Of a stretch of DNA of 43,258 bases, positions 35,617 to 43,258 are shown one piece after another (positions within the stretch are counted from its first letter, which is position 1; the number at the start of each line of letters is the position of its first letter). Where the stretch lies: contig CAZNNX010000004.1 in NCBI GenBank assembly GCA_964574485.1, positions 1 to 43,258 on the forward strand. The letters run 5' to 3'. The notes beneath the pieces are model-generated. The model was not told the DNA's origin and did no database searches. It worked only from the letters and a program-made list of their open reading frames with translations. The position numbers and the translations under genes were made by a program. This stretch comes from an uncultured Saprospiraceae bacterium (GTDB taxonomy: Bacteria > Bacteroidota > Bacteroidia > Chitinophagales > Saprospiraceae).

Positions 35617-37142
35617 TTCTTTTTGGATCTTCTTTTGATATCAATTGCCCTCCAGTCATCAACTTTATCTTTGGGAAAAACCGGATCATTGGTAACAATA
35701 TCCATTAAAACCTGGGTATCTGTAATTCCTTTGGTTTTTACATAATATGTTTTTCTACTGATAAACAAATAATAAATTCTAAAATGGAAAAATGATTTTA
35801 CTACGGTGATATCAGGCTTCCAAGCATTCAGTCCCAGTCGTGAATAGAAATTTGGTTTTATAGCCAAGGCAGAGTCTTCTGTGATTACCAGTTTTACATG
35901 CTCAAGATCCATAACTACAATTCTTCCAAAATCGCGTGTGATTTTTTTGAAGAGTATTTTTCCGTTGATATCTAAGGGTTGATTGAATTCTGGTTGTAAT
36001 TTTCCACCAACGGCTAATTTTATTTCTGAACCTAAATCCAGGTCCCAGAGGTAGATTACAGCTTCAGCATCTCTTAGGGGTACATAACTAAGCAATCCCT
36101 TTCCCTCTTGAAGTAACCATTTGAGTATTTCTGTATTCTCACCCGTTCCCCCTGCTCCAACTACATCTGATGAATCACAAATGGTTATTGTTCCTAATTT
36201 TCTGGCAATAAATGACCTTTTTGCTTTTTGTAGAACCTGAGAAATTTCTTCAGGCCTGGGAGCTTCAATGAATCGAAGGTTCCAACATTTTTCAGCTAAT
36301 TCATCAGCCCATTTCTCAGCTTCTTCCCGTTGATTATTTGTTATTATATAAGTACTCCATCCAATATTAGGATGTTTAATAAAAGGATGACACATATAGA
36401 TGTTCGCATTTAAAACACCGAAGTTTGCTTCAAGAATATCCATTCTTGCGAATAATGAAAACATGGGAGCTAAAAAATCTACTCCAGCACCGCCCCCTTG
36501 AATCATCGGTAAACTTCTCCAGGCAACATAGGGATTTATTTCTCCTAATAGAGTTCTTATCAGCATATCGGCTGCTTTGTAACCTGTTTTTTGATAATCC
36601 CTGTGAGGATTCGTTCGATAGGCACAAATAATATCTGTGGCATCAACCATAGCCTGGGTAAGCGTGGCATGCAGGTCAAGAGTTACTGCTATTTTTAATT
36701 TATTTGTTGACTGTTTTTTTAGTTGATCTATGAAATAAACCTCTGCATTTTCCATATCTTCAACATCTAAAGCGCCATGAAGTGACAGAAAAAGAGCATC
36801 CAGTTCAAGCCCTTCGATTTTCTTTATGAAACAGTCTAAAAAATAATAAAAATCATCTTTCTTTAAAGGACCACCCGGTATTGCAAAGGCACTAATCAAA
36901 GGAAATATTTCAATGGATCTGTGGAATCTATGTCTCTCAACTGCTTTGTAAAATCCGGTAAGTTCCATGTTTTTAAGAAAACCTTTGATTTCCCATTGAC
37001 CTGGTTTACAAGCTTCAAGCAGTTGATTTCCAGTGATGAAATGTTTAAAATCAGATTTCGTGGTAAGAACAGAAGAAAATGAATTAGTTTCCTGCATAAA
37101 TCTTCCAAATCCAATTCTGAGTGGTCTTCCGTTTTCTATCAT
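35613..37142 (-). CDS. M81 family metallopeptidase (MlrC-like)
   Basis: QETNSFS, LSLHGA, LDLHA, YRTNPHRD, DSSD..GAGG.G, VVKS..HFR. Confidence 0.9.
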   Translation of the reverse strand: MIENGRPLRIGFGRFMQETNSFSSVLTTKSDFKHFITGNQLLEACKPGQWEIKGFLKNMELTGFYKAVERHRFHRSIEIFPLISAFAIPGGPLKKDDFYYFLDCFIKKIEGLELDALFLSLHGALDVEDMENAEVYFIDQLKKQSTNKLKIAVTLDLHATLTQAMVDATDIICAYRTNPHRDYQKTGYKAADMLIRTLLGEINPYVAWRSLPMIQGGGAGVDFLAPMFSLFARMDILEANFGVLNANIYMCHPFIKHPNIGWSTYIITNNQREEAEKWADELAEKCWNLRFIEAPRPEEISQVLQKAKRSFIARKLGTITICDSSDVVGAGGTGENTEILKWLLQEGKGLLSYVPLRDAEAVIYLWDLDLGSEIKLAVGGKLQPEFNQPLDINGKILFKKITRDFGRIVVMDLEHVKLVITEDSALAIKPNFYSRLGLNAWKPDITVVKSFFHFRIYYLFISRKTYYVKTKGITDTQVLMDIVTNDPVFPKDKVDDWRAIDIKRRSKKN

Positions 37143-37792
37143 TTGAAACTAAGATCAAAAAAGCTTATTAATTCACGATTTAATTCATGTTTTCCCTCAA
37201 AACTAAAAAAATATGTTTCTTCAAAAATAGATTTACACCCCAGGTAAATTTTATTTATTTCAGAAGCTTTGTAATAGGGATCTGATTGCCCTATACAGAA
37301 TGATAGCCTGTCTATTTTAGGAAAAACAAGCTTCATGTCAACATCATCAGGGAGAGAAGAGCCCCAAAGTATTAAATTATTAACTTTTATATGGTGTTTA
37401 CTTTTAGCTAACCATCTTAAGGCAGTGGGTACACCCTGTGAAAATGCATGTAAATAAATAGGAAGCGCATTCAAATGGCTTAGATAATTTTCAAAAAAAG
37501 AATCAAGATATTGGACGTATTCTTCTATGTCTATCAAACGATCCTCTTTGGTCATCCAATTAGCACCTACCAGGGTATGTTCTTTGTCCCAGTAAAATCT
37601 GGAAAGTCCTTCGGGTGCATAGACAAAACTCGAATCAGGTAAATGATTGAATTTATTGATGAAGCTGTGCAAATCCTGTCCATAACCATGTAAAACTACA
37701 TGTATGGATTTGGTGGTGGCAGATAAATGACCTAAACTAAAAATTCGGGCCTTTTTTTCAACTCTGAGGTAATCAATCTGTATATTCTTCAA
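37139..37792 (-). CDS. Alpha/beta hydrolase (phospholipase/carboxylesterase-like)
   Basis: LHGYGQ, APEGLSRFY, WMTKEDR, nucleophile elbow AFSQG, D in SDPY, H in FEGKH; TTG start. Confidence 0.88.
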   Translation of the reverse strand: MKNIQIDYLRVEKKARIFSLGHLSATTKSIHVVLHGYGQDLHSFINKFNHLPDSSFVYAPEGLSRFYWDKEHTLVGANWMTKEDRLIDIEEYVQYLDSFFENYLSHLNALPIYLHAFSQGVPTALRWLAKSKHHIKVNNLILWGSSLPDDVDMKLVFPKIDRLSFCIGQSDPYYKASEINKIYLGCKSIFEETYFFSFEGKHELNRELISFFDLSFK

Positions 37793-37875
37793 AGTATTGA
37801 ATATTAAAACTATCTAAATATCTATGTTTTGGAGAAATAATTCAATTTGCCATTACTAAATTTATAATAAATTAT

Positions 37876-37883
37876 TAGTTTTG
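37876..37883 (+). promoter_or_regulatory. Bacteroidota promoter -7 element upstream of nusB
   Basis: TAGTTTTG matches TAnnTTTG, 67 bp before the ATG. Confidence 0.5.
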
Positions 37884-37950
37884 TGCTATTATTCAATGAG
37901 ACCATAAAATAGAGTAGATTTGAAAGGTCTATAAAAGTTCTTCAAATATA

Positions 37951-38886
37951 ATGTTAAGCAGAAATAACATTAGGACTAAAGTGTTACAAACCTTGTACGC
38001 CAATGAGATGAATCCTATGGATGGGATTGAATCTGAAAAGTTCTTAATTAAATCGATCAATAATAGCTATCGCCTCTATCTTCTGGTAGTTTTATATCTC
38101 CAGAAAATTGCAAGTTTCAGTTTGAAAGATTTTGAAATCAAACAAAAGAAATTCGTTCCAACCGAAGATGATAAAAAAGCGTCTACTAGATTGTATGAAA
38201 ATCCTGTAATTCAATCATTAAGAGATAATGATGTTTTTCAAAAAACCTTAAAGAAAGAAGGAATTTTTCAATTAATTGACGAAGATTTAATACGCCAAAT
38301 GTACAAAATATATTCTGAATCAGAATATTATGAATCGTACCGAACAGCAGAAATCTTGCCATTAAGAGAACATCAGTATGCCATTGTTAAAATGTATATG
38401 ATTTTGAGGGAGCAGGAAATATTTGTAGAACATATTTCTGATTTATTTCCGAGTTGGGAGGATGATGAGTCTTTAGTCTATGGTTCTATAAAAAGGAGTA
38501 TAAGAGATTTGCCCGATAATCAACTTTTTTTTATAGATCAGTTGCCCAATACAGAATTTGTAGATGAATTAGGGAAGGATTTATTATACAAGGTTTTAAA
38601 ATATGATCAGGATTTTCAAAACATGGTCGCATTGAAATTAAAAAACTGGCAGGAAGATCGGGTGGCCTTGCTTGATATGTTTTTAATGAAAATGGCAATT
38701 TGTGAGTTTATGTATTTTGATTCAATTCCTACCAAAGTAACTATTAATGAGTATGTCAATATTGCTAAAATATATAGTACTGACAAGTCGAAACGTTTCA
38801 TCAATGGTATTTTGGATCGACTAATGCAGGAATTGACAGATGAAGGTAAAATTGTAAAATCGGGCCGCGGATTGTTAGACGAATAA
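37951..38886 (+). CDS. nusB: Transcription antitermination factor NusB (long Bacteroidota form)
   Basis: MLSRNNIRTKVLQTLYA; NWQEDRVA..D; IPTKVTINEY; FINGILD; KSGRGL. Confidence 0.95.
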   Translation: MLSRNNIRTKVLQTLYANEMNPMDGIESEKFLIKSINNSYRLYLLVVLYLQKIASFSLKDFEIKQKKFVPTEDDKKASTRLYENPVIQSLRDNDVFQKTLKKEGIFQLIDEDLIRQMYKIYSESEYYESYRTAEILPLREHQYAIVKMYMILREQEIFVEHISDLFPSWEDDESLVYGSIKRSIRDLPDNQLFFIDQLPNTEFVDELGKDLLYKVLKYDQDFQNMVALKLKNWQEDRVALLDMFLMKMAICEFMYFDSIPTKVTINEYVNIAKIYSTDKSKRFINGILDRLMQELTDEGKIVKSGRGLLDE

Positions 38887-38896
38887 ATCGAGTAGC

Positions 38897-39574
38897 ATGA
38901 AACTATCAAAACTATTATTTATTTTTTTCCTTTACAGCAGTAGCTTTTTATTTGGACAAACCAAAGAAAATAAAAATGCTATCAGTTATCAATTTTTAAT
39001 AACGGATTACAATACTATCGATACACAGTACAGGAAAGAAAATCCCAAACGTTTTTTCCATCCCGATGATGTAAATTATGCTTTAGAAATTGGATATGCC
39101 AGATATATAAATTCATCAGTCACTGTTTCTGCCCCTCTAAGATTCGGAACCATTGATGCATATCATTTACTGATTGATTCAACAGATGGCAACTGCATCG
39201 GAACCCCTTGTAATAAAAGGTATTTCAGAAACGAGTTATTCGGAAGTATTGGCCTGCTGGCCAAATATAAATTTAATAATGGTTATATATTAAAGGAAGA
39301 TTATTTTCTACAGCCTTACATACAATCTGGAGTTCATTTTAATTATATGCAAAACAGAGCTGGTAATTTTGATGTACAATTGCCGCTTACCTTAGGATTA
39401 CAATTTAGGTTGAATGCTCATTTTTCATTACAAGTGCAAGCCGATTACAATTTTTCATTCCTGGCTAAAAAAGATAATATGATCGTTGGTTTGGGATTTG
39501 TTTGGTTGCCAAAAACGAGAAAAAATAAATTGGATTTAATTTCCCCAAAAGCACCTGATGTTGATGAAAACTAA
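38897..39574 (+). CDS. Small outer-membrane beta-barrel protein (OmpA-type barrel-like)
   Basis: Signal peptide; amphipathic strands; KYKFNNGYILKED...PY resembles Bacteroidota OmpA barrels; a loop carries a Cys pair (CIGTPC). Confidence 0.6.
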   Translation: MKLSKLLFIFFLYSSSFLFGQTKENKNAISYQFLITDYNTIDTQYRKENPKRFFHPDDVNYALEIGYARYINSSVTVSAPLRFGTIDAYHLLIDSTDGNCIGTPCNKRYFRNELFGSIGLLAKYKFNNGYILKEDYFLQPYIQSGVHFNYMQNRAGNFDVQLPLTLGLQFRLNAHFSLQVQADYNFSFLAKKDNMIVGLGFVWLPKTRKNKLDLISPKAPDVDEN

Positions 39575-40049
39575 AATTTTTGTTTTGAGTCTTTTTGTTT
39601 TTGCTTATTGTTTTCAATCCTGTGGAAATAAATCAGATTTCCCCAGTGCAGAAGAGGTTTTATCTCAAGACAAAATTGAAGGCTCTTCATTATATTACAA
39701 CCCTATTTCAGCAGATAAGCCTCTTTCCAAAGAGGAAGCCCCTCAAATGAAATTTGAAGAAGATGTCTTTCATTTTGGTAATTTGAAGGATGGTGAGATT
39801 GTCACACATGAATTTGTTTTTAAAAATACGGGCAAAGCACCCTTGGTTATTAGCAATGCAACTGGTTCTTGTGGCTGTACAGTTCCTGAATATCCTAAAG
39901 AACCCATAGCACCTGGTAAAAAAGGAAAAATTAAAGTTTCATTTAATAGTACGGGGAAAGAAGGTGCGATTGAAAAATATGTTACTATATTAGCTAATAC
40001 TGTTCCCAATCGCAATATTATTACAATCAAAGCAAGAGTTCAAAAATAA
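39564..40049 (+). CDS. DUF1573 domain lipoprotein
   Basis: Lipobox FQSC; F.FKNTGKAPLVI...GSCGCTVP..PKEPIAPG; start at 39558 or 39564. Confidence 0.9.
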   Translation: MKTKIFVLSLFVFAYCFQSCGNKSDFPSAEEVLSQDKIEGSSLYYNPISADKPLSKEEAPQMKFEEDVFHFGNLKDGEIVTHEFVFKNTGKAPLVISNATGSCGCTVPEYPKEPIAPGKKGKIKVSFNSTGKEGAIEKYVTILANTVPNRNIITIKARVQK

Positions 40050-40053
40050 TCTT

Positions 40054-40419
40054 ATGAATACAAGTGTTTTATTATGGCAATCTAATGCAAATTCTGGATC
40101 AGCCACTATTATGAATTATGTGATCATCATCGCAGCTATGGCTATTATTTATTTTATGATGATTCGCCCACAATCTCAATTGAGAAAAAAACAAGCTCAA
40201 TTCAACAGTTCTTTGAAAAAAGGTAAAAAAGTTGTGACGACTGGAGGGGTGCATGGTACCATCGCCGAAATCAATGAGAATACTGTTGAACTTATCGTAG
40301 CTCCCAAAACGCATCTTACCTTTCAAAGAGAAGCCATTTCTATGGATTTTACACTAGCTGCCTTTGGTCAACAGCAAGACAGCCCCGCCAATGAAAAGTC
40401 GACAGACGATACTAAGTAA
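40054..40419 (+). CDS. yajC: Preprotein translocase subunit YajC
   Basis: IYFMMIRPQ, LKKGKKVVTTGGVHGTI. Confidence 0.95.
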   Translation: MNTSVLLWQSNANSGSATIMNYVIIIAAMAIIYFMMIRPQSQLRKKQAQFNSSLKKGKKVVTTGGVHGTIAEINENTVELIVAPKTHLTFQREAISMDFTLAAFGQQQDSPANEKSTDDTK

Positions 40420-41350
40420 ACTTAAAAGTCTTTCCGGTTCAGAAAGAAGAATATTGGCAATTTGTGTCAGTATATCTTTCATATTGTGGCTGTTTACAAA
40501 GTTTTCCTATCCTTATCGAAGTACGATAAAGGTGGGTTTGGATTATAATCTTCCCATGGGTAAAACTTACAGTAAGGCCTTACCTGATGCCATTGAATTG
40601 GATATCGAAGCAAGTGGTTGGGAACTATTGGGTTTTTATCTACAGTTTAAGAAGTTTAATATTGATTTGGAGTTTGAAAATAATGAGCCTAAAATTATTA
40701 ATTCAATAAGTCTGAAGGCCAAACTCCAGAAAAATTTAAGTCCGGATGTAAAAATTATTGAATTTAGACCTGACCAAATTGAATATGTTCCGGATGATAA
40801 AATTGAAAAATGGATTCCCGTTCTTTTAAAATCAAATCTGCAACTGGCAGATGAATACATGCTAAAAGATTCTATTCTCATTGAGCCTAAAATTGTTAAA
40901 ATGATTGGACCCGCTACAGTACTCGAAAAAATTGATTACTGGGAGACAGAAATTTTGCAACTGGATCAGGTTCAAAATAATTTCAGACATGCTGTTCAAT
41001 TGAAGAGTCATGCTTTAAAAAATATAGACTTTCAGCCCAACCGGATTGAGGCAATAGGTAAGGTTGAACAAATAACAGAGAAAAAAATAGAGGTTGAAAT
41101 TCAAAAAAGGAATGTCCCTGATAGTCTTCAACTAATTCTTTTGCCCAATAAAATAGATTTGCTCTGCCTCGTAGGAATCAGCGATTATGAATTAATTCAG
41201 GCTGATCAATTTGTTGTAGTGGCAGACTTTGATAAAATTGTAAAAAGCAAGGAAAATAAAATCAGATTAGAATTGAAGGATTATCCCGAATACATATTAA
41301 AGGTAAATTTGACCTCCAAGGAAACGGATTTTATTATTAGAAAGAAGTAA
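40391..41350 (+). CDS. YbbR/CdaR-like membrane-anchored protein
   Basis: N-terminal TM (ICVSISFILWLF), ASGWELL, P.IVKMIGP; follows yajC as is usual in Bacteroidota; ATG 40391 preferred. Confidence 0.8.
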   Translation: MKSRQTILSKLKSLSGSERRILAICVSISFILWLFTKFSYPYRSTIKVGLDYNLPMGKTYSKALPDAIELDIEASGWELLGFYLQFKKFNIDLEFENNEPKIINSISLKAKLQKNLSPDVKIIEFRPDQIEYVPDDKIEKWIPVLLKSNLQLADEYMLKDSILIEPKIVKMIGPATVLEKIDYWETEILQLDQVQNNFRHAVQLKSHALKNIDFQPNRIEAIGKVEQITEKKIEVEIQKRNVPDSLQLILLPNKIDLLCLVGISDYELIQADQFVVVADFDKIVKSKENKIRLELKDYPEYILKVNLTSKETDFIIRKK

Positions 41351-42249
41351 TGATAGGAATTTATTTTTCATCTTATCAATCATTTTTACTCTTAGAGAAA
41401 GGGTTGTCGGCAGCTACGATAGAATCCTACCAGAATGATCTTGATAAATTTGATCAATACTTGCAATTGAATCAACTGCAGGAAATGAAACAAGTTGATT
41501 TACCCCTTTTGAGAAAATATATACAATTTTTAAATGAGCTGGGTCTGGCTGTAAGATCTCAAGCCAGAATGATTTCCAGCTTGAAATCCTTTTTTTCCTT
41601 TTTAATTTTAGAAAAAATTTTAGAAATAGATCCTTGTGAATTATTGGAAGCACCCAAATTAGATAAAAAGCTTCCTGAGGTTTTACATTTGGATGAGGTT
41701 GAATCTTGTTTTGAGGTAATTGATCTTTCCAAAGAGGAGGGGCATAGAAACAGAGCTATGCTTGAAGTTTTGTATGCATGTGGCTTGCGTGTTTCGGAAT
41801 TGGTACAGCTGAAAATATCACATATCTATAGAGAAATTGGATTTATCCGGGTGTTGGGTAAAGGAAATAAAGAAAGATTGGTTCCAATTGGAGAATCAGC
41901 CCTGCAACAGATTGATTTTTATTTGACACAGAGAAATCAAATGAAAATAGTATCTCAGTATGCAGATATTTTATTTTTGAATCGAAGAGCGAAACCACTG
42001 ACAAGAAATATGATTTTTATTATTGTAAAGGATACAATCCAAAAAGCAGGGATTAAGAAAAATATTTCACCGCATACTTTTCGACATAGTTTTGCAACAC
42101 ATTTGATAGAGGGTGGGGCTGATTTAAGGGTAGTGCAGCAACTTCTGGGTCATGAATCAATTACCACTACTGAAATTTATACACATTTAGATATGCAATA
42201 CCTGAAAGAGACTGTCAGAAGTTTTCACCCAAGGAATCAGAATCTATAA
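41350..42249 (+). CDS. xerD: Site-specific tyrosine recombinase XerD
   Basis: LEKGLS..T..SY..D, RSQAR, LYACGLRVSEL, GKGNKERLVP, SPHTFRHSFATHL, LLGHESITTTEIYTH, FHPR. Confidence 0.93.
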   Translation: MIGIYFSSYQSFLLLEKGLSAATIESYQNDLDKFDQYLQLNQLQEMKQVDLPLLRKYIQFLNELGLAVRSQARMISSLKSFFSFLILEKILEIDPCELLEAPKLDKKLPEVLHLDEVESCFEVIDLSKEEGHRNRAMLEVLYACGLRVSELVQLKISHIYREIGFIRVLGKGNKERLVPIGESALQQIDFYLTQRNQMKIVSQYADILFLNRRAKPLTRNMIFIIVKDTIQKAGIKKNISPHTFRHSFATHLIEGGADLRVVQQLLGHESITTTEIYTHLDMQYLKETVRSFHPRNQNL

Positions 42250-43182
42250 TTTGATCCATTTTCCTTTTTGCCATTGCCATTGATGCAATTGATTGGATCT
42301 GTCCAATAGACTAAACCGATTGCTGCTGATTGCGCCCCATTGGAGGAGAACCCCCTTGCTATTCGACATTTTGTACAAAATTTCATCGGTATAGGGAACT
42401 TGGATTTCTTTCAGTTGTAAGCCTTCTAACTTCCATGTTTTAAAACTTAGACTAATCAATTGATTTTTATTTTCTCTGTACACCCATTCTGTAAAAAAAG
42501 GTTGTGGGCTATCTTCATCAAGTAATTGCCAATGAACATTAGTTGAAAGACTATCTGTGTCCTTTGCACTGTTGTAATCAGCTAAAACCAAAAAATCAAA
42601 ACCATAAAATTTGACCTTGCTACTAATTTTTTCATTTAATCTATATCCTTCTGCGATAGACAAATACAAGGTTTGGGGAAGCCAATTATAGCCAATGTAA
42701 TGTATAGAATCTTTTTTTATTTGTGCATTTCTCAGATTTAAGGCTACAGCGAAACCGTTGAGAAGGGAACTACTTTTTTGAGACAGGTCTGGTGTTTGAA
42801 GCATAAGGTCACCTGATTTTTGCTTGTATTTCCATTTTCCTATTTGTGAGAGTTCGGTTTTTTGTAATTGTTTAAAAACAAAACTTATACTGTCCTCTAT
42901 AAATGGATAACTTTGAATTAGCATGGAATCATTTTGAATAAATCCTTCCACCTTTAGCTTTTTTGCCTTATCAATCAAATAAAGTTGTCCATTTATCTTT
43001 GAACCTTTTCCGTCAAGCATGTTTTCAAAATCTTCAAAATGAACATGTAAAATGAATTTGGATAACCCTTTACATTCTCCCACCCAACAAAAACTCATGG
43101 GGTAAGTCGTTTGAGATTTTAATAGGAGCTGTAAAGACAAAAAACAAATTATTAGAATTGCATTCCGGATATTGAAAGACAT
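42244..43182 (-). CDS. Hypothetical secreted protein
   Basis: 312-aa ORF with a signal peptide and an upstream promoter motif; no family recognised. Confidence 0.7.
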   Translation of the reverse strand: MSFNIRNAILIICFLSLQLLLKSQTTYPMSFCWVGECKGLSKFILHVHFEDFENMLDGKGSKINGQLYLIDKAKKLKVEGFIQNDSMLIQSYPFIEDSISFVFKQLQKTELSQIGKWKYKQKSGDLMLQTPDLSQKSSSLLNGFAVALNLRNAQIKKDSIHYIGYNWLPQTLYLSIAEGYRLNEKISSKVKFYGFDFLVLADYNSAKDTDSLSTNVHWQLLDEDSPQPFFTEWVYRENKNQLISLSFKTWKLEGLQLKEIQVPYTDEILYKMSNSKGVLLQWGAISSNRFSLLDRSNQLHQWQWQKGKWIKL

Positions 43183-43205
43183 AATTATTTATACTAATTT
43201 TGAAG

Positions 43206-43213
43206 CAAAGATA
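43206..43213 (-). promoter_or_regulatory. Bacteroidota promoter -7 element for the 312-aa gene
   Basis: Minus strand TATCTTTG matches TAnnTTTG, 23 bp upstream of the ATG. Confidence 0.65.
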
Positions 43214-43258
43214 ATGATTATGTTTAGAACTATTCTAGTGGAGCAAGCTGTCGTATGG

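Noticed and set aside
1985-41653. About 30 short (60-110 aa) antisense or alternate-frame ORFs in the ORF track
   Set aside because: All lie within or overlap well-supported genes and show no recognisable motifs; treated as shadow ORFs.
41350-42249. Phage or island integrase
   Set aside because: Length, motifs and operon position fit chromosomal XerD; no cargo or att sites.
43214-43258. Possible 3' end of a minus-strand gene (…PYDSLLH*) at the window edge
   Set aside because: Too short to support a call.

Overview
AT-rich, gene-dense chromosomal segment of a Bacteroidota bacterium. Evidence: T9SS type-B cargo next to a PorP/SprF gene, TAnnTTTG promoters, and a nusB-DUF1573-yajC-YbbR cluster. 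A Saprospiraceae/Chitinophagales-like origin is my impression only. The window holds about 38 CDS, one tRNA-Arg(TCT), and no CRISPR array, prophage or IS element. Most genes are housekeeping or envelope genes: fmt, rpe, kdsC, nhaD, nusB, yajC, xerD, four tandem skp/ompH, a TPR+barrel pair and a PorE-like protein. The standout is the two-gene unit at 6458-10023. The first gene is a soluble histidine kinase whose input region looks like a catalytically eroded Type I restriction-modification methyltransferase (HsdM-like) plus a specificity/TRD (HsdS-like) module. The second is a response regulator with an intact receiver and a helical HEPN/DUF4145-like output domain. This suggests an RM-derived two-component sensor, possibly for phage or DNA surveillance. 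Other oddities: a PorP/SprF-coiled-coil-OmpA fusion, a Tat-signal GH1 beta-glucosidase, a lipidated Skp paralog, and two lesions that may be real or assembly artefacts (a frameshift in the giant adhesin and an in-frame deletion in an AstE/AspA-family gene). All family calls come from motif recognition by eye; no database search was run.
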